In this document: positions 49,967 through 61,741 of the stretch, one piece after another
How positions within the stretch are numbered: position 1 is the stretch's first letter
Layout: every line of letters starts with the position of its first letter
From: Microthyrium microscopicum
Taxonomy: Eukaryota
Length of the DNA: 64,000 nt
Assembly (NCBI GenBank): GCA_010405405.1
Contig: MU004245.1
Location: 189,256 to 253,255, forward strand
Reading direction: 5' to 3'
Position numbers and translations under genes: made by a program
The notes under the pieces: generated by a model
The model's database searches: none
The model's input: only the letters and a program-made list of their open reading frames with translations
What the model was told of the DNA's origin: nothing

Positions 49967-52372
49967 CTAGTCATCATCCGTATCACCACCTTCGAGTCCA
50001 AAGACTCCCATTGCCCACTCAACGAACATTTCCTCCTCCCAAACCCCATCCTCCCGTCCTTTGCCTTTGGCCCGACCAGGCCCTGGCCCAGCTTCAAGAC
50101 CCTTCGCTTCTAACCACGCGGTATATCGTACGACTACGTCCTCCAACACTGCCCGCAGTAGCATATCCCGCGTACGTGTATCATGTAAATACTCTTCCAA
50201 CTTCCTTCTGATACTCGGCACCTCTCTCGCAACAGTAGCTCTCAACCTCGCACTCGCATCTGCCTCCGCTCTTACATCTGTCCGTCCGCGCGTCGCGGTT
50301 GTCGTCAACGGCTCACTCATTCGCGCCGCCCACTCAGCAACTAGACTCCCAATGACCGCACGTAACCGGTCGTCAATGTCGATGCGCGCATCCGTCATGT
50401 CTGTGACAACTCGTGGGACTAATGCACCGCCGAGAGCTGCGCGGACCCATGTTGCAGGGTTGAGACTAGCCCAGAGGGAAGCTGGCGCGGCAGCAAAGTC
50501 AAGACGGACATCGGTGGCGGCGTACTCAATGTCAAAGGCGAGAATGTGGTGTTTGAGAGCGAGTAGATGGGCGAGTAGGAAAAGAGATGCATCGGTGGGA
50601 GAGGCGCGGGTGGAGAGGAGGGTGGATGCGTTGGTGAGAGACAGGGTCGTTTGGTGGACGATCTCGTGGGCGAGAGAGTCGAATACTGTGGACTACGGAA
50701 CATTAGTTGAGCTGGACTACGGGAAAGTGGGTCAGCTTACGTGGACTAGACGGTATATTCGGCTGAGGAGCCAAATAGCTTTGCGGAGTGTCGGGTAATA
50801 TTCTTGAGTGCCAGGTTCGAAGAGTACCTCGCGATCGGCACCGTCATCTTCAACGATTACCGGGCTGTTTACGGTTGGTGATAGAAGTCCATTTGAGTCC
50901 TTTCGTCCTGCTACGGATGTATTTCGGGTTCCTGACAAGGCAATCCTACTGGCCTTTCTCGGATAGTCTAGATTTTCGGGCTTTGGCTTGAAATATTGAA
51001 TGTCATTTCGGATGACTTGTTGTGCTAAAAAGACCAACCGATCTTGAGCATCTTGTAGAGCTGGATAAACAAGCCGTCCAAAATCGAGCTTTGGCTCTTC
51101 TGATTCGGGCTCGCTCTCGGAATCGGAGTCTTCCATATATCGAGTTTGTATAAGCGTACAAAGCTCAGCAAGCTTAATTATCTTGGTCTCATGAATGATT
51201 TTAGGTCGCAAGTGGTCGTATACAGGGTCAAAAAGCGTTTCCAGAAAAGGGTAAAGCATGTGCTCATCACTGAACCATTCATTCCAGAGATTGTACTCGT
51301 CCGAGCATAAGCCTCTCATGAAACTGGTACAAGTTCGAGCGAATGCCACCAAGTCTTTAGAAGTACTTGGAGCGGCAGCGATCTCGGATGTCTTCCTGTT
51401 GATGATCGGACTGAGTAGCTTTGCTCTTGTAGCCGAATAGTTTTGGTGAAGCTCATTCAAGAGACCTTGATATTCTCCTTCAGTTCCAGGAGCCGAACCT
51501 TCGGGAGGAGATGAACGTATTTCTATTTCTTGGCCTAATCTCTTCAGATCTGGTGCACCAACGCGAAATTTGGCATATAGCAGAGCAGACATGGTGGTGT
51601 CGTTAAGCTGACGATCAGCCACCCGCTTGCTGACATCTGCAGCGATGTCTTTTAGAGAAGCAGTAAAGTGATTTCGTATTAGCGTGAGGGCTCGAGTAAG
51701 CAGCAACTTATACTTCGCTGCATATGCCCCAGATTCACGATGCTTGGGATGAGACTGCATGAATTCGAGACAAGCATCCAAATTCGACAGCATATCGGGG
51801 AACTCTGAGCGTCGAACCAGGCTACCAGCTCCAGGAGCATTCAAACGTTTGGTGATGGGTTCGAGGTAGTTGTAATACTGCAAATTCTCGCTAAACTCTT
51901 CTGCTAGTTTGGAAGTACGCTTCTGGTCAGCGATGATGTTTTCGCACTCCGCTTGGAACTCTGTGGTCTGGGTATCAACTGCCTTGAATGAGTCGGCAAG
52001 CGATGTAAGTATGGTCAGCGTAGAGTTTGCACTGGTAAGAAGAGAATCGAGGTGGGCGTGCGTCTGCGACAACTGATCCTGATAGAGTCTAATGTGGTCA
52101 GAGGAAATCGACAAGGTCTTGATTACTACTAACTGATATTCGGCATGGCTAGCATCAATCAATTCTTCTTTCATGTCATCATACCACGACTCGAATTCTA
52201 TTTCATTATCCAAATGTGATCTTTCTCTTCGCTTCTTCTTTTCTTCGCGATTCTCCTCTTTCATCTGGTTCCGAACCACATCGTAAAAGTCGCTTAAGGA
52301 TTTGACTTTGCGTACTATGGGTGGAGCAGAGACAACCCCGGTGGTAATTCTGTCGTTATTCGTGGATGCCAT
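49967..52372 (-). CDS. COG3: Conserved oligomeric Golgi complex subunit 3 (Sec34)
   Basis: LQYYNYLEPITKRLNAPG, LLTRALTLIR, ALLYAKFRVGAP, YDHLRPKIIHE, LQDAQDRLVF, YPTLRKAIWLLSRIYRLV. Introns near 52089-52136 and 50694-50740. Start codon uncertain. Confidence 0.9.
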
Positions 52373-52819
52373 CGCGTTGGCAGAAATCGGAGTGATCAAC
52401 TGACGTTTCCCTTCCTAAATATCGTTGTTAGCCTACGACTTTTGGTTGAAAGACTCCTACGGTACCACCACAGTTTGTCGTCTCCGAACAGCCAGGTTGC
52501 TGATTTTGTCTGGATTTTGCCATGGCTGACTGGTCTTCCCGGCCAAGGAATTGTACCAGCCGTCATCTGGCATTGTCAAATTGTTGGAGGCATGGGTTGC
52601 TAAAGGTCCGAGATGCCGCAAAGTGGATGGTGGGATGGTTGGAGTTGAGGGTCAAGCAGTTGAAGCTTCGGCCAAATGTTGATCCTGGTCAATTGGTAGA
52701 CTTTATGACGACCTCGACTCTGCTCTACAATTGTCGCAACATCAACGTCAATTCACTTGCGCAATGCCGATTGTTGCTAGCGATAGGCAGTATTGACAGT
52801 TCTCGCAGTTCCTCTCGTC

Positions 52820-54568
52820 ATGTCTCTGCATCGAAGTGCTTGCCGCGCTGTCCCTCGCCTACAACGATCCGTCACAGCCTCGTCAAGGCGCCGAATCTCT
52901 ACAAAGTCTACTGGTACAGGTAGCTCGAACTATGGAAATAACTGGACGTATTGGGGAGTTGCGGTAGTGGGTGGCTCGGCTACGTACTTGAGTACTGTCT
53001 CTCGACTTGACGCCGACTCTGGAAGAGCCGATGAGGTGCTGGCAGTGCTAGATCGGGCGGCCTTAGGGAAGAAACAAGCAAATGTGACCGAAGAGAGCCG
53101 TGATCTCCTCAATTCTCCACATTTACAGGTAAAGCGTAGCTGGGAGAACCCCGGTGTCTATGCTTGGGGTTCTAATAGCGGAAGGGTCGTGGCCCCGGAT
53201 AGTGAAGAGCGATTCATCAAAACTCCACGACGAATTGCGTTCTTTGATGGCGTTCTGCTTCGAGATATCAAGCTAGATAAGTCCTTTGGAGCCGCTATAA
53301 ACGAACAAGGAGATTTGCTACAATGGGGAACTCAATTCTCACCGGAAGTCAAGTCACCAGAAGTTACGTTAAAAGGCAAAAACCTTCAATCCTTGGCCAT
53401 ATCTGATGACAGAATCATCGCACTTTCATCCAACGGATCGGTATACTCAATACCAGTCTCTCGCGATGAACAACTCACAGATCCCCGTCTCAAAGAATCC
53501 TCCTGGCTATGGTCCAACTCCACCAACATCGGCTGCCGCAGCCTCACCCCAAATTCCCTAGGCATGGGCGAAAAAGTCATCTCTATTGCCGGCGGTCTTC
53601 AACACGTCCTCATGCTAACCTCCAGCGGCCGTCTCTTCTCCGCCGCCTCCAGCACCCGCGACTTTCCCGAACGCGGCCAAATGGGCATTCCAGGTCTCTC
53701 CTGGTACACTCGTCCAGCCGGCCCCTTTGATCAACCTCATGCCATCACTACCCTCAAAGGCCACTCCATCCGCGCCATCGCCGCCGGTGATACACATTCC
53801 CTCGCGCTCGACTCAACCGGCCGCCTTTTTGCATTCGGCGACAATTCGCACGGCCAACTCGGCATCGAGCTCAACACTTCCGGCCTCCGCCTCAACCAGC
53901 TGAATATTGACGCCTATACTATAGACGCGCCCACCGCCGTCCCTCTAATCTCACTATACCCACAGGCCCACGCAATACCAAAGATCACACATATCGCAGC
54001 TGGCGGGCAGAACAGCTACATCGTCGCCGACGCACCCACCAGCACAAAGACAGGCCAACCAACCTCCGACACCTGGACTTGTGGCCGCGGCATCTGGGGC
54101 ACATTAGGAAACAGCAAACTAACTCACGTGCAATGGGGATTCACACGCATACCCAACCTATCCGCTCTAGTCGAATACAACGAATCAACACGTCAGCCAT
54201 CGCCTATCCGCGTAGCGCGCATCAGTGTTGGTGCGAGCCACGTAGCGGCCACCATGGCCAACATCACGCGTGTAGCTGCAGGCAAGGGTGGTGAGACGGA
54301 TACAAATTGGGGCGCGGACGTGTATTTCTGGGGAAATAATGAGCATTTCCAGCTCGGTACGGGTAAGCGGAACAACGTTACTTCGCCAACCCATATTGCG
54401 CCGCTGGGAAGTGGCAAAGTAACCAAGAGTTCGCAGGACGGGATGGTGATGGAGCGCTTTCAATTGACGCCGAAGAAGACGATTACTTTTGCTGGTCGGT
54501 CTGTGGCAGTGGAACAACGAGTAGAGTGCGGACGCAATGTTTCGGCGGTATATTCAGCTGCGGTGTAG
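52820..54568 (+). CDS. FMP25: Mitochondrial RCC1-repeat protein Fmp25-like
   Basis: Arg/Ser-rich presequence then TM segment; VKRSWENPGVYAWGSNSG; RCC1 repeats (IAAGDTHSLAL, FGDNSHGQLG, WGNNEHFQLGTGKRNN); ends VEQRVECGRNVSAVYS. Confidence 0.85.
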   Translation: MSLHRSACRAVPRLQRSVTASSRRRISTKSTGTGSSNYGNNWTYWGVAVVGGSATYLSTVSRLDADSGRADEVLAVLDRAALGKKQANVTEESRDLLNSPHLQVKRSWENPGVYAWGSNSGRVVAPDSEERFIKTPRRIAFFDGVLLRDIKLDKSFGAAINEQGDLLQWGTQFSPEVKSPEVTLKGKNLQSLAISDDRIIALSSNGSVYSIPVSRDEQLTDPRLKESSWLWSNSTNIGCRSLTPNSLGMGEKVISIAGGLQHVLMLTSSGRLFSAASSTRDFPERGQMGIPGLSWYTRPAGPFDQPHAITTLKGHSIRAIAAGDTHSLALDSTGRLFAFGDNSHGQLGIELNTSGLRLNQLNIDAYTIDAPTAVPLISLYPQAHAIPKITHIAAGGQNSYIVADAPTSTKTGQPTSDTWTCGRGIWGTLGNSKLTHVQWGFTRIPNLSALVEYNESTRQPSPIRVARISVGASHVAATMANITRVAAGKGGETDTNWGADVYFWGNNEHFQLGTGKRNNVTSPTHIAPLGSGKVTKSSQDGMVMERFQLTPKKTITFAGRSVAVEQRVECGRNVSAVYSAAV

Positions 54569-54841
54569 GCTAGACCTTTTGTTCTTGGAAAGCAAAGGCC
54601 ATCTCCTCAGGTCTTTGAAACGATGTTTATAATAACACTGTACCATACACGCTCAACTCAACCATAATGAAGTAAAATTCTATGTCCATTCAAAACCTTA
54701 ACATAAAAGTCTAATTAACAAGGCATACTATATCATAATATCTCACACATCGCGACCAGCTCGTCCAGACGAACTAGCCCATCGCATCATCTTATACAAA
54801 ACGTACATAACCAGACACATTCATCAGAGCTAAATCCAGTA

Positions 54842-56047
54842 CTATGAGCTCTCCACGGTAGCAGCACTTTCACCAGTCCGCGCCTTCCACCGCTCCATCC
54901 AAAGCTCTTTTAGCAAATCATATAAAAACACAAACTGCGTATCCCCCTGCACCATCATCATCCTCTGCTGCCGCAACCTATCCACCAGCTCAGCAATCGG
55001 ATCCTCCTCCTCGCCAACATCATCCAGCGCCCCACTCTCCAACTCCGCCAACAGCCAATCCAGCGCCGCAAACGTGCCTGTCCTACCTACACCCGCGCTA
55101 CAATGCACGATACGCGGACTCCCCGGATGCGCCGCATTCTTCTGCTGCGACAAGCGGACCAGCCGAACCAGCGCAGCGCGATCTTCGCCTTCCGGCACAA
55201 GAAAATCTGGCCAACCGCCGAAGAGTAGATGCCAAACAGTTTTTGTGCGTCCGTCAGCGGCACGGAGCTCGAGTTCACGGATGATGCTGCGCGTGGATTT
55301 GTCTTCGTCGAGATGTTTGAGTGTGAGTGTGCCAGTGAAGCCATCGCCGAATTCGTCGTGTTCGTTGATGGGGAGGGTTTCGTCATCGGCGTCGAGAGGG
55401 AAGTATTGGAAGCATTTCTCCTTGCCGGATTCGTGGGTTTGGGTTAGCATGACTATTACGGCTGGGTCGGCGGTTTCGTCCCAGATCATGCGCCATATGT
55501 GGCTGTAGGAATCTGATTTTGGGCCCTGGTGGTGATGTTAGCTCTTCACTCCTATTTCGGTGAGATGGTGGAGGTAGTAGTATACCTGTGTTGCGATGAA
55601 GTATTTGTCCTCCCCACCCGCGGTTGGCGGAAGCTTTATGGGCGACGCATTGATGTAGTCGTTGTGACCTTCTGGCACCTTTAACCGTATTCGATTGTTC
55701 TTGTATGGATCTACATTGAGATAACGGTTCCGCGCGCCCACCTCATCACTCTTGAATCGAGCAAACTGTGCCGTAGCGTCACCGCTGTGATCGCTCAGAT
55801 GTAAACGCTCGCGCTGCTGCCATTCGAGATCGATGAATTTATTGTGTAAATCTAAGCGGTTCTGTCGCAGGAAAGCGGGTAACGGACTTGACTCGTCTGT
55901 ATCGCGTGCTCTAGCATCTGTCTGCGCATCGGCATATTCGTGGCTGGCGCGCGCCCGACTACTCGCGCGTGAGGAGGTGGGACTAGGAGAGGAGGAGAGA
56001 GTTGGTCCAGGTATGGCGAGAGCGTTGTTTGACTGCGGATTATCCAT
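54842..56047 (-). CDS. Classical protein-tyrosine phosphatase (Ptp1-like)
   Basis: RNRY, NDYINAS, FIATQ-GP, IVMLT, WPD loop (GWPDF), signature VHCSAGVGRTG, LRQQRMMMVQ. One intron about 55526-55585. Confidence 0.9.
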
Positions 56048-56723
56048 TCTGAGAGCACGCAGCCGGGTGCCTAGACGCGCAAGAGCGGGACGGAACTTGC
56101 TAGGCGGGCTGGTGAGGATAACGGGCAGAGTGGTGGGGGATTGCAAGCGGGTCATAAACGGAGACTTGTGGGAGTTTGAAGTGGGTGAGGAGACTGTTTG
56201 CGTATGATATTTGAGGAAATGTTTGTCTGTTATCTGGTGTTTTGTTTGTGGTGAGTGCCGCTGTATGGTCGAGTCTTGTTGGGAAGGAGCACTGGAGCAG
56301 GGAGTAAGAGGGGCAGGAGCGATAGAGCGGGCGATAGAGGGTCCAAGTTATAGCAATATATAGATACAAATGTAGAAATAGCAGTAGCAGTAGTTCGAAA
56401 GACAAGAAAAGTAAAAATAAAAAAAGACAGCGCAAAGCAGGAATAAGAGCCAGAAATATAATCAGACGGTTGCACCGGTGAACAGAGAGGAAGTTGTCAC
56501 CTTAAGCAGCCAACAGCAATGGAAAGGCATCGAGTGGTTGAGTGGATCCAATCTTCAAGTCAGGAAAGCACAATCCCTGTCATTGCGTCGTTCTTGCCGC
56601 AGTCCATGGCGCTAAAATCATCCACTCGCCATCCATCCTCTCTCTCCTAAAGGCCAAATCCGCCAACATCCATCCATATCTACCAGTTGTATTGCTAAAC
56701 CTGTCCCCAACAACCCCCCGAAC

Positions 56724-57164
56724 ATGGTGTTCAACCGTCTCGCCTTTGCTGCCTTTGAGGTAAGACCAAACATCAATCCCTCCAGGCACACAACATTGTT
56801 ACTAACAATAAGCACAGGCTTGGGCCGTCACCAAAGTAAGTTCATAAATCCAGCATCGCCACACCTGAAATCCCCCAGCAGGTACACAACTTTGGCCATG
56901 AATACTCACCCAGCCACAGTTGCTGCGTAGCCAGACTTTTCATCGAGCTGTCACGCATGTATACCGTAAAGTCAATAAGCTACAACCGCCCGCCGAGGAA
57001 CTAGGAGGCACAAAACTCGATGGTGAGACAATCTATCGCCCGGTACCTGATGGATCATTGCTGACGTTGTAGCAGTGCCCAAGGGCGATTCATTTTTAAA
57101 GCATTTTGCCGACGAGGTTAAAGATCAAATGGGTTTCAAACAGCAACAGAAACCACCCAAATGA
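56724..57164 (+). CDS. MRX7: Small mitochondrial Mrx7-like protein (about 81 aa, 4 exons)
   Basis: Exons 56724-56759, 56818-56835, 56920-57022, 57076-57164 give MVFNRLAFAAFEAWAVTKLLRSQTFHRAVTHVYRKVNKLQPPAEELGGTKLDVPKGDSFLKHFADEVKDQMGFKQQQKPPK; the KLLxSxxFHRxVxxVYRKVN motif resembles yeast Mrx7 from memory. Confidence 0.7.
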
Positions 57165-57331
57165 TCTACACTCTCTTCATGTTTTGTAGTTGGCATATTT
57201 TTGGCGTTTTTGGATTTCTATACCCCCGGTCATGCGCAGCATCAGAACAGATTTTACAAAAATGGCATTATGAATTCATTTCTCCTGGTATCATGCTTCG
57301 CTAAAGTCTAGTTCCTATTTACTGTCGCAAA

Positions 57332-59075
57332 TTATATCCACGAACTATCTGGTCGAAGATCGACGACGTCGAATGGTAAATTTTCCACTTCCTTGACATG
57401 GCCTGGTGCAAGAGCATCTGTATATACATTCTTTTCAGAGTGTGGATGGAAGATTCCTGTTTGCTTGCAGCCTAGTATTGCTCCGAGGCCGGGAGGATCA
57501 GTGAGCCGGAATACGCCCCATCTATTCTTCAGTCAGTCATGATACTCTTTCCTGGAGTGGCGCACTCACGAAGGTTCTCGCCTTGGGGCGCACACGATGG
57601 CAATACTCTCGGCTAGTTGTACTTGATATCCTCCATGCGTATGCAAGTCGCGCGAACTCATGAAACAAGTCTGTGTAGGATGTGTATGAATCCAGCCTAG
57701 AGTCATCAGGTTCTCGGCGTCGCAGTAGTCAAATAGTGCACCTTCGTTGACTGTGTCGCATGTATCCGATGTGCTTTCTTGCTCTGGAATGACTAATTTG
57801 GATATGAAGAATGCGTTGGACAAGAGTTCGCCGCATAAAATGCCACAAGTTTCGAGATTTCTCTCAGTGTTGGCAAGGGCGATTGTTAGGAACCGGTTGC
57901 GGAGTTTAGGATTTATGAAGACGGTACGCAGCGGAGTGCCACTCTCAGTAGTTGCGGTAGGTTTGAAGGTGAAGTTCCGAGGATCTAGAACGGCTGTCGA
58001 TGTATCAGGGGCTTCGACTACGCCTGGTGGTGGTGAAGATGTGGTAAGCTTTTGAGGTATAGGTGGTCCTGAAGTATCAAGGAATTCTTTTGGCGGTAAC
58101 GATGGTGGTAATAATGGCACTGGACCAGCCCTGTATGAGCTACGCGGCGATCGATCTTTCGGTGATGCATCTGTCGAAGAAGCGAACCAACTCGATCCGT
58201 TGTTGTTATTACTTTGCTTTGGTACTGAAGGATACTGTGGAGCTCGACTCTCTTGTCCAGATCGACCACCAGAACTTCGTGATACTGCTTTCGCGGGTGA
58301 TCTTGAAAACGCATCTTCGCGTCTTTGGCCTACTCGGACCATATTCTTGGATAAATCATCTTCATCCGACTCATCCTCAAAGAACGTGCCTTGTATCCGA
58401 TCTCCGGATAACCGCGCATGAAATTCTGTAGGGTACCTCGATACTCGAGATTCTCGATTCTGCCGAAATTCTTTATGCGCCAATCTCACAGCCAAGTCCG
58501 CATCTTGAGTTGGATCCAGCTCCTGGGTCCCATAGTCAAAGCCATCAGACGATCTGCCAGACAGAGACATGCTGCCCATATCGCCGGTTAATGCCGTATA
58601 TGCATTGTTCCGTTGCTCGTTCTGCCATTTTTCCTTCTCTATCCGGCGCTGCTCCACCATTTGCTGGTATTGATCGTATCGTTGCTTGATGTTTGGTTTT
58701 AGAACTTCCATCTTATTCAGATTGGCTGTGACATCGGCGCGCGCCTTCTTCCAGGCCGCTTTATTCTCGGTCAGCTTCAGATCGGGATGGGACGTAAGCT
58801 TGTTCATGACGAGTAGGGCGTGACGGTAGTAGAATTTGAAGGCCTCTTCTTCATTGCCATCGCGCTCGTATGACTGGGCCTGCATTTGGTCAGTCTACTT
58901 CTGTTATACATCCCAGGAAAGCTACCTGTTTCTGGATCGCATCGGCAGATCGGAGCCAGAAGCGCAGTGGTATCTGGGGCGAATACTCGACAAGCAAGCT
59001 CTCGGCTTCTTCTAGTAGCTCGTCTATACTCATGGGCCCTCGGCGGGGCCCAAGACTCGAAATCGCCAAAGCCAT
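57332..59075 (-). CDS. AMSH/STAMBP-like JAMM metallo-deubiquitinase
   Basis: N-terminal MIT/USP8-like region; NLETCGILCG, GWIHTHPTQTCFMSSRDLHTH, ESIAIVCAP, last exon WGVFRLTDPPG..FHPH. Introns 58880-58925 and about 57522-57569. Start at 59075 or 59033. Confidence 0.92.
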
Positions 59076-59580
59076 AACTCTAGTAGACTTCAGAGGCAAG
59101 TCGAGATTAAGGTAGCCTGAAAGCTAAAATGAGGGAGGTTGCTCAGGGCACATGCACGTGGAGGCGAGAGCAATGGTGGGGTGTCCGTCCGGCTTCGACA
59201 CGAATGGGCAGGTACGAGTGCGATGGACATGGACGAAGGCGATGGCATGTTGCGGATGAAGATCAAGGTGTTAGCAACGGGGTCAAGATTGTCACAACTG
59301 GGGCAGTAAGTGAAGGTGTCTCCATGCGATTTGATGCCTCCTAGAATCACCGAGCCTCATCACACATGTCAATGTGGGGTAAGTCACTCCCCTCCAGTTT
59401 GATAGATATATCATAAATCGCAACTACTTAGAATCCCCATATTCACCATCGATTTCGCTTTACGTGCCTTAGTTACTCTCCAGTACCATATGTCATCAAT
59501 ATGGTGGGTTTGAAAGTATATATTGATTATGATATACAATAATGAACATAGTGATTGATGGTATCTTATGCATACTTCAT

Positions 59581-60684
59581 TCAACTAAACAACCAAGAAC
59601 CAAACACAAAGCCAACGAAAAACATAATCCCACCTATAACAGTTAGTCCAAGATTCGAGATAGAGTACCATGGTAGCCATCGAGTGCTATGGGAGCCATC
59701 AAATGCTTTAAACATCTTCCAGCAAACTCGTAGGAACGGTTCAACAGGAAATCTTACCCAAAACACCAAGACAAACGGGCCACCGTTCCTTCACCCAAGT
59801 CTCAATCATCGCTTGGCGATTGCGATCAGGGCGACGGAGCCAAAGATGAGCCACGCGCATGGCGAAGGCGAAGGCGAAGATGGCACCCAATTGGGCCCAC
59901 GAGAAAGCGACGCGGCGGCGGACAGGACAGCGGCACACGCATGTGTAATTCGTATTGTCTACACTAGTCAGTCGCGACCACCTCCAACTGGAAGTGAGAT
60001 ACATACTGGACATTGTTGGGGCAGCGGCGGCGAACATAGTGAGGAAAGTTGAGAGCAGAGATATTGTGATATAAAGAAAGAACCACGAAAGGATTTTCGA
60101 GGCGCGAGATTTTGTCTTTCGTGAAGACTGGGTTGCTCCTTCCTCTAATCTGCGACTGGATCCCTCCTTCCGGTTTTATGGTGGTACCTTCCGCAATTGC
60201 CAATGTATATTTCGCAAACCGGCAAGCACGAAGGTCATAATCACTTCAACTCAACGAGGAGTGCCTGCCTCTGCACTTCCTGTCCTCTCGAGTGCGTTAC
60301 CTTATTGCTGTGACTGAGTTTGAAGATTGTGAAGAGGGTTCAAGACGAATGAACGGACTGTCTCTGCTAATGTTTGCTGTTCCGGTGTATCGAGTTGAGA
60401 TGTGCTCAGTATCCTGCTCAGCCCATGGACTATTGACGAAAGGAAAGCTACATGATGAACAATATCTCTCATGCTGTTCTCTGTGGTGGGGATATCTTTC
60501 AACCCAAGATTTTATCCCAGGACATGAAGTAGTGCTTGTTGAAACATGCTGTCGGTACTCCAAGAGCTGGCTGCGTCTGTCTTGCCCGGGAGCATCGTGT
60601 TTCTTGAGAGCTAACAGCTCTTAGGAGTATGTTGAATAGACCCAAGGTGTGGAAAATGAAGCAAAGTATTGTGAATGAAGCCAA
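59581..60684 (-). pseudogene. Fragmented hypothetical gene or pseudogene with hydrophobic C-terminal pieces
   Basis: Chain of short same-strand ORFs (60-98 aa), some helical or hydrophobic; no consistent splice model found. Confidence 0.25.
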
Positions 60685-61741
60685 CTGGTCGGGTTAGGTA
60701 GGTGTAAATATATCTTCATGAAAGTACTGTGGACCTAAAATAGCTAACTGTGGTTATCAATATGCTAGGCGCCGAATCTGTCTCCAACTTCGTTCGATTG
60801 CGTTTCTTGATACCCCTCGCATCATACTATGCAGAGCCTTGGTACCAAAAGGGAGGGTTCCACTATCTTGTCTTGCCTTACAATTCCACACCTTAGGCTT
60901 CAGTAGCAAGGTAAACACTACCTCCCCAAGGTAGATATCTACTCAAAATCGCATCGAGCATTTAGGAATTGCTAGAATCGAAGGAACAAACGTTGAAAAG
61001 TTACCCCATGGCATAAACCTTCGCACAATGAATAGGAACAAAGCAGTCTGAGAAGTGCAGGTGGAGTTGGGTATCGTGATTCGTACTTGAAAGCAGATAG
61101 TGGAAGGGCAAATTAAAACCATACTCCCATCAAACGGGAAGGCTGCCACCACATTCTTGAATTGAAGACGCGATGATTGCCATCACATTCGCAGGGCTTG
61201 GCTCTAGATGGCAGATGGCAGATCTTGGCATAAGATCAGGATGTTGGATTGAAGGGAAGTGGTGTGTGAATTGCTAAGGTTGACCTGCAGATTTGCGGCA
61301 TGCCTATGTCAAATTGGCGAGAAGAGGTTATGGCGGGTCTGATAGGAAGTATTCTCATTGTAAAGCTTTGCAGACAGCACTTGTGCAATGTGAATATCGT
61401 GATGGATGGTATGATAGGAAGTTGGAACAAATGATGTGGTGTTGAGGTTGGTTTCATGGGTGTTTGGCGCGTGATTGGTTACTGTAGCGAGTGATTGCTG
61501 CCGGGCAGCCCCAACCACCAGCGACCAGCGTTGCTCCTTCAACCTCCCCCAACAACTCTATCCAAAGATTATCTTCCCCACCACCTTTGCCTTTACAAAT
61601 CAAAAACAATCCTCCTCTTGCACCTATATGTCTCGTGCATGACTACTACCTTTCCTGCGGACACAGGTCCGTCGCCTTGACCCAGATTCGTTTATGGTGC
61701 GCCGACATCCTGATCGTTCCATTTGACACCCCGCAACCGCA

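Noticed and set aside
50061..50798. Long antisense ORFs (also 3390-4043, 14562-15197, 24142-24753, 38979-39560, 62453-63100)
   Set aside because: Shadow frames of real genes, mostly with non-ATG starts and no recognisable domains.
30940..59075. Apparent membrane-trafficking gene cluster (DOP1, MON1, COG3, AMSH-like)
   Set aside because: Housekeeping genes interspersed with unrelated ones over 28 kb; no shared motif seen, chance is sufficient.
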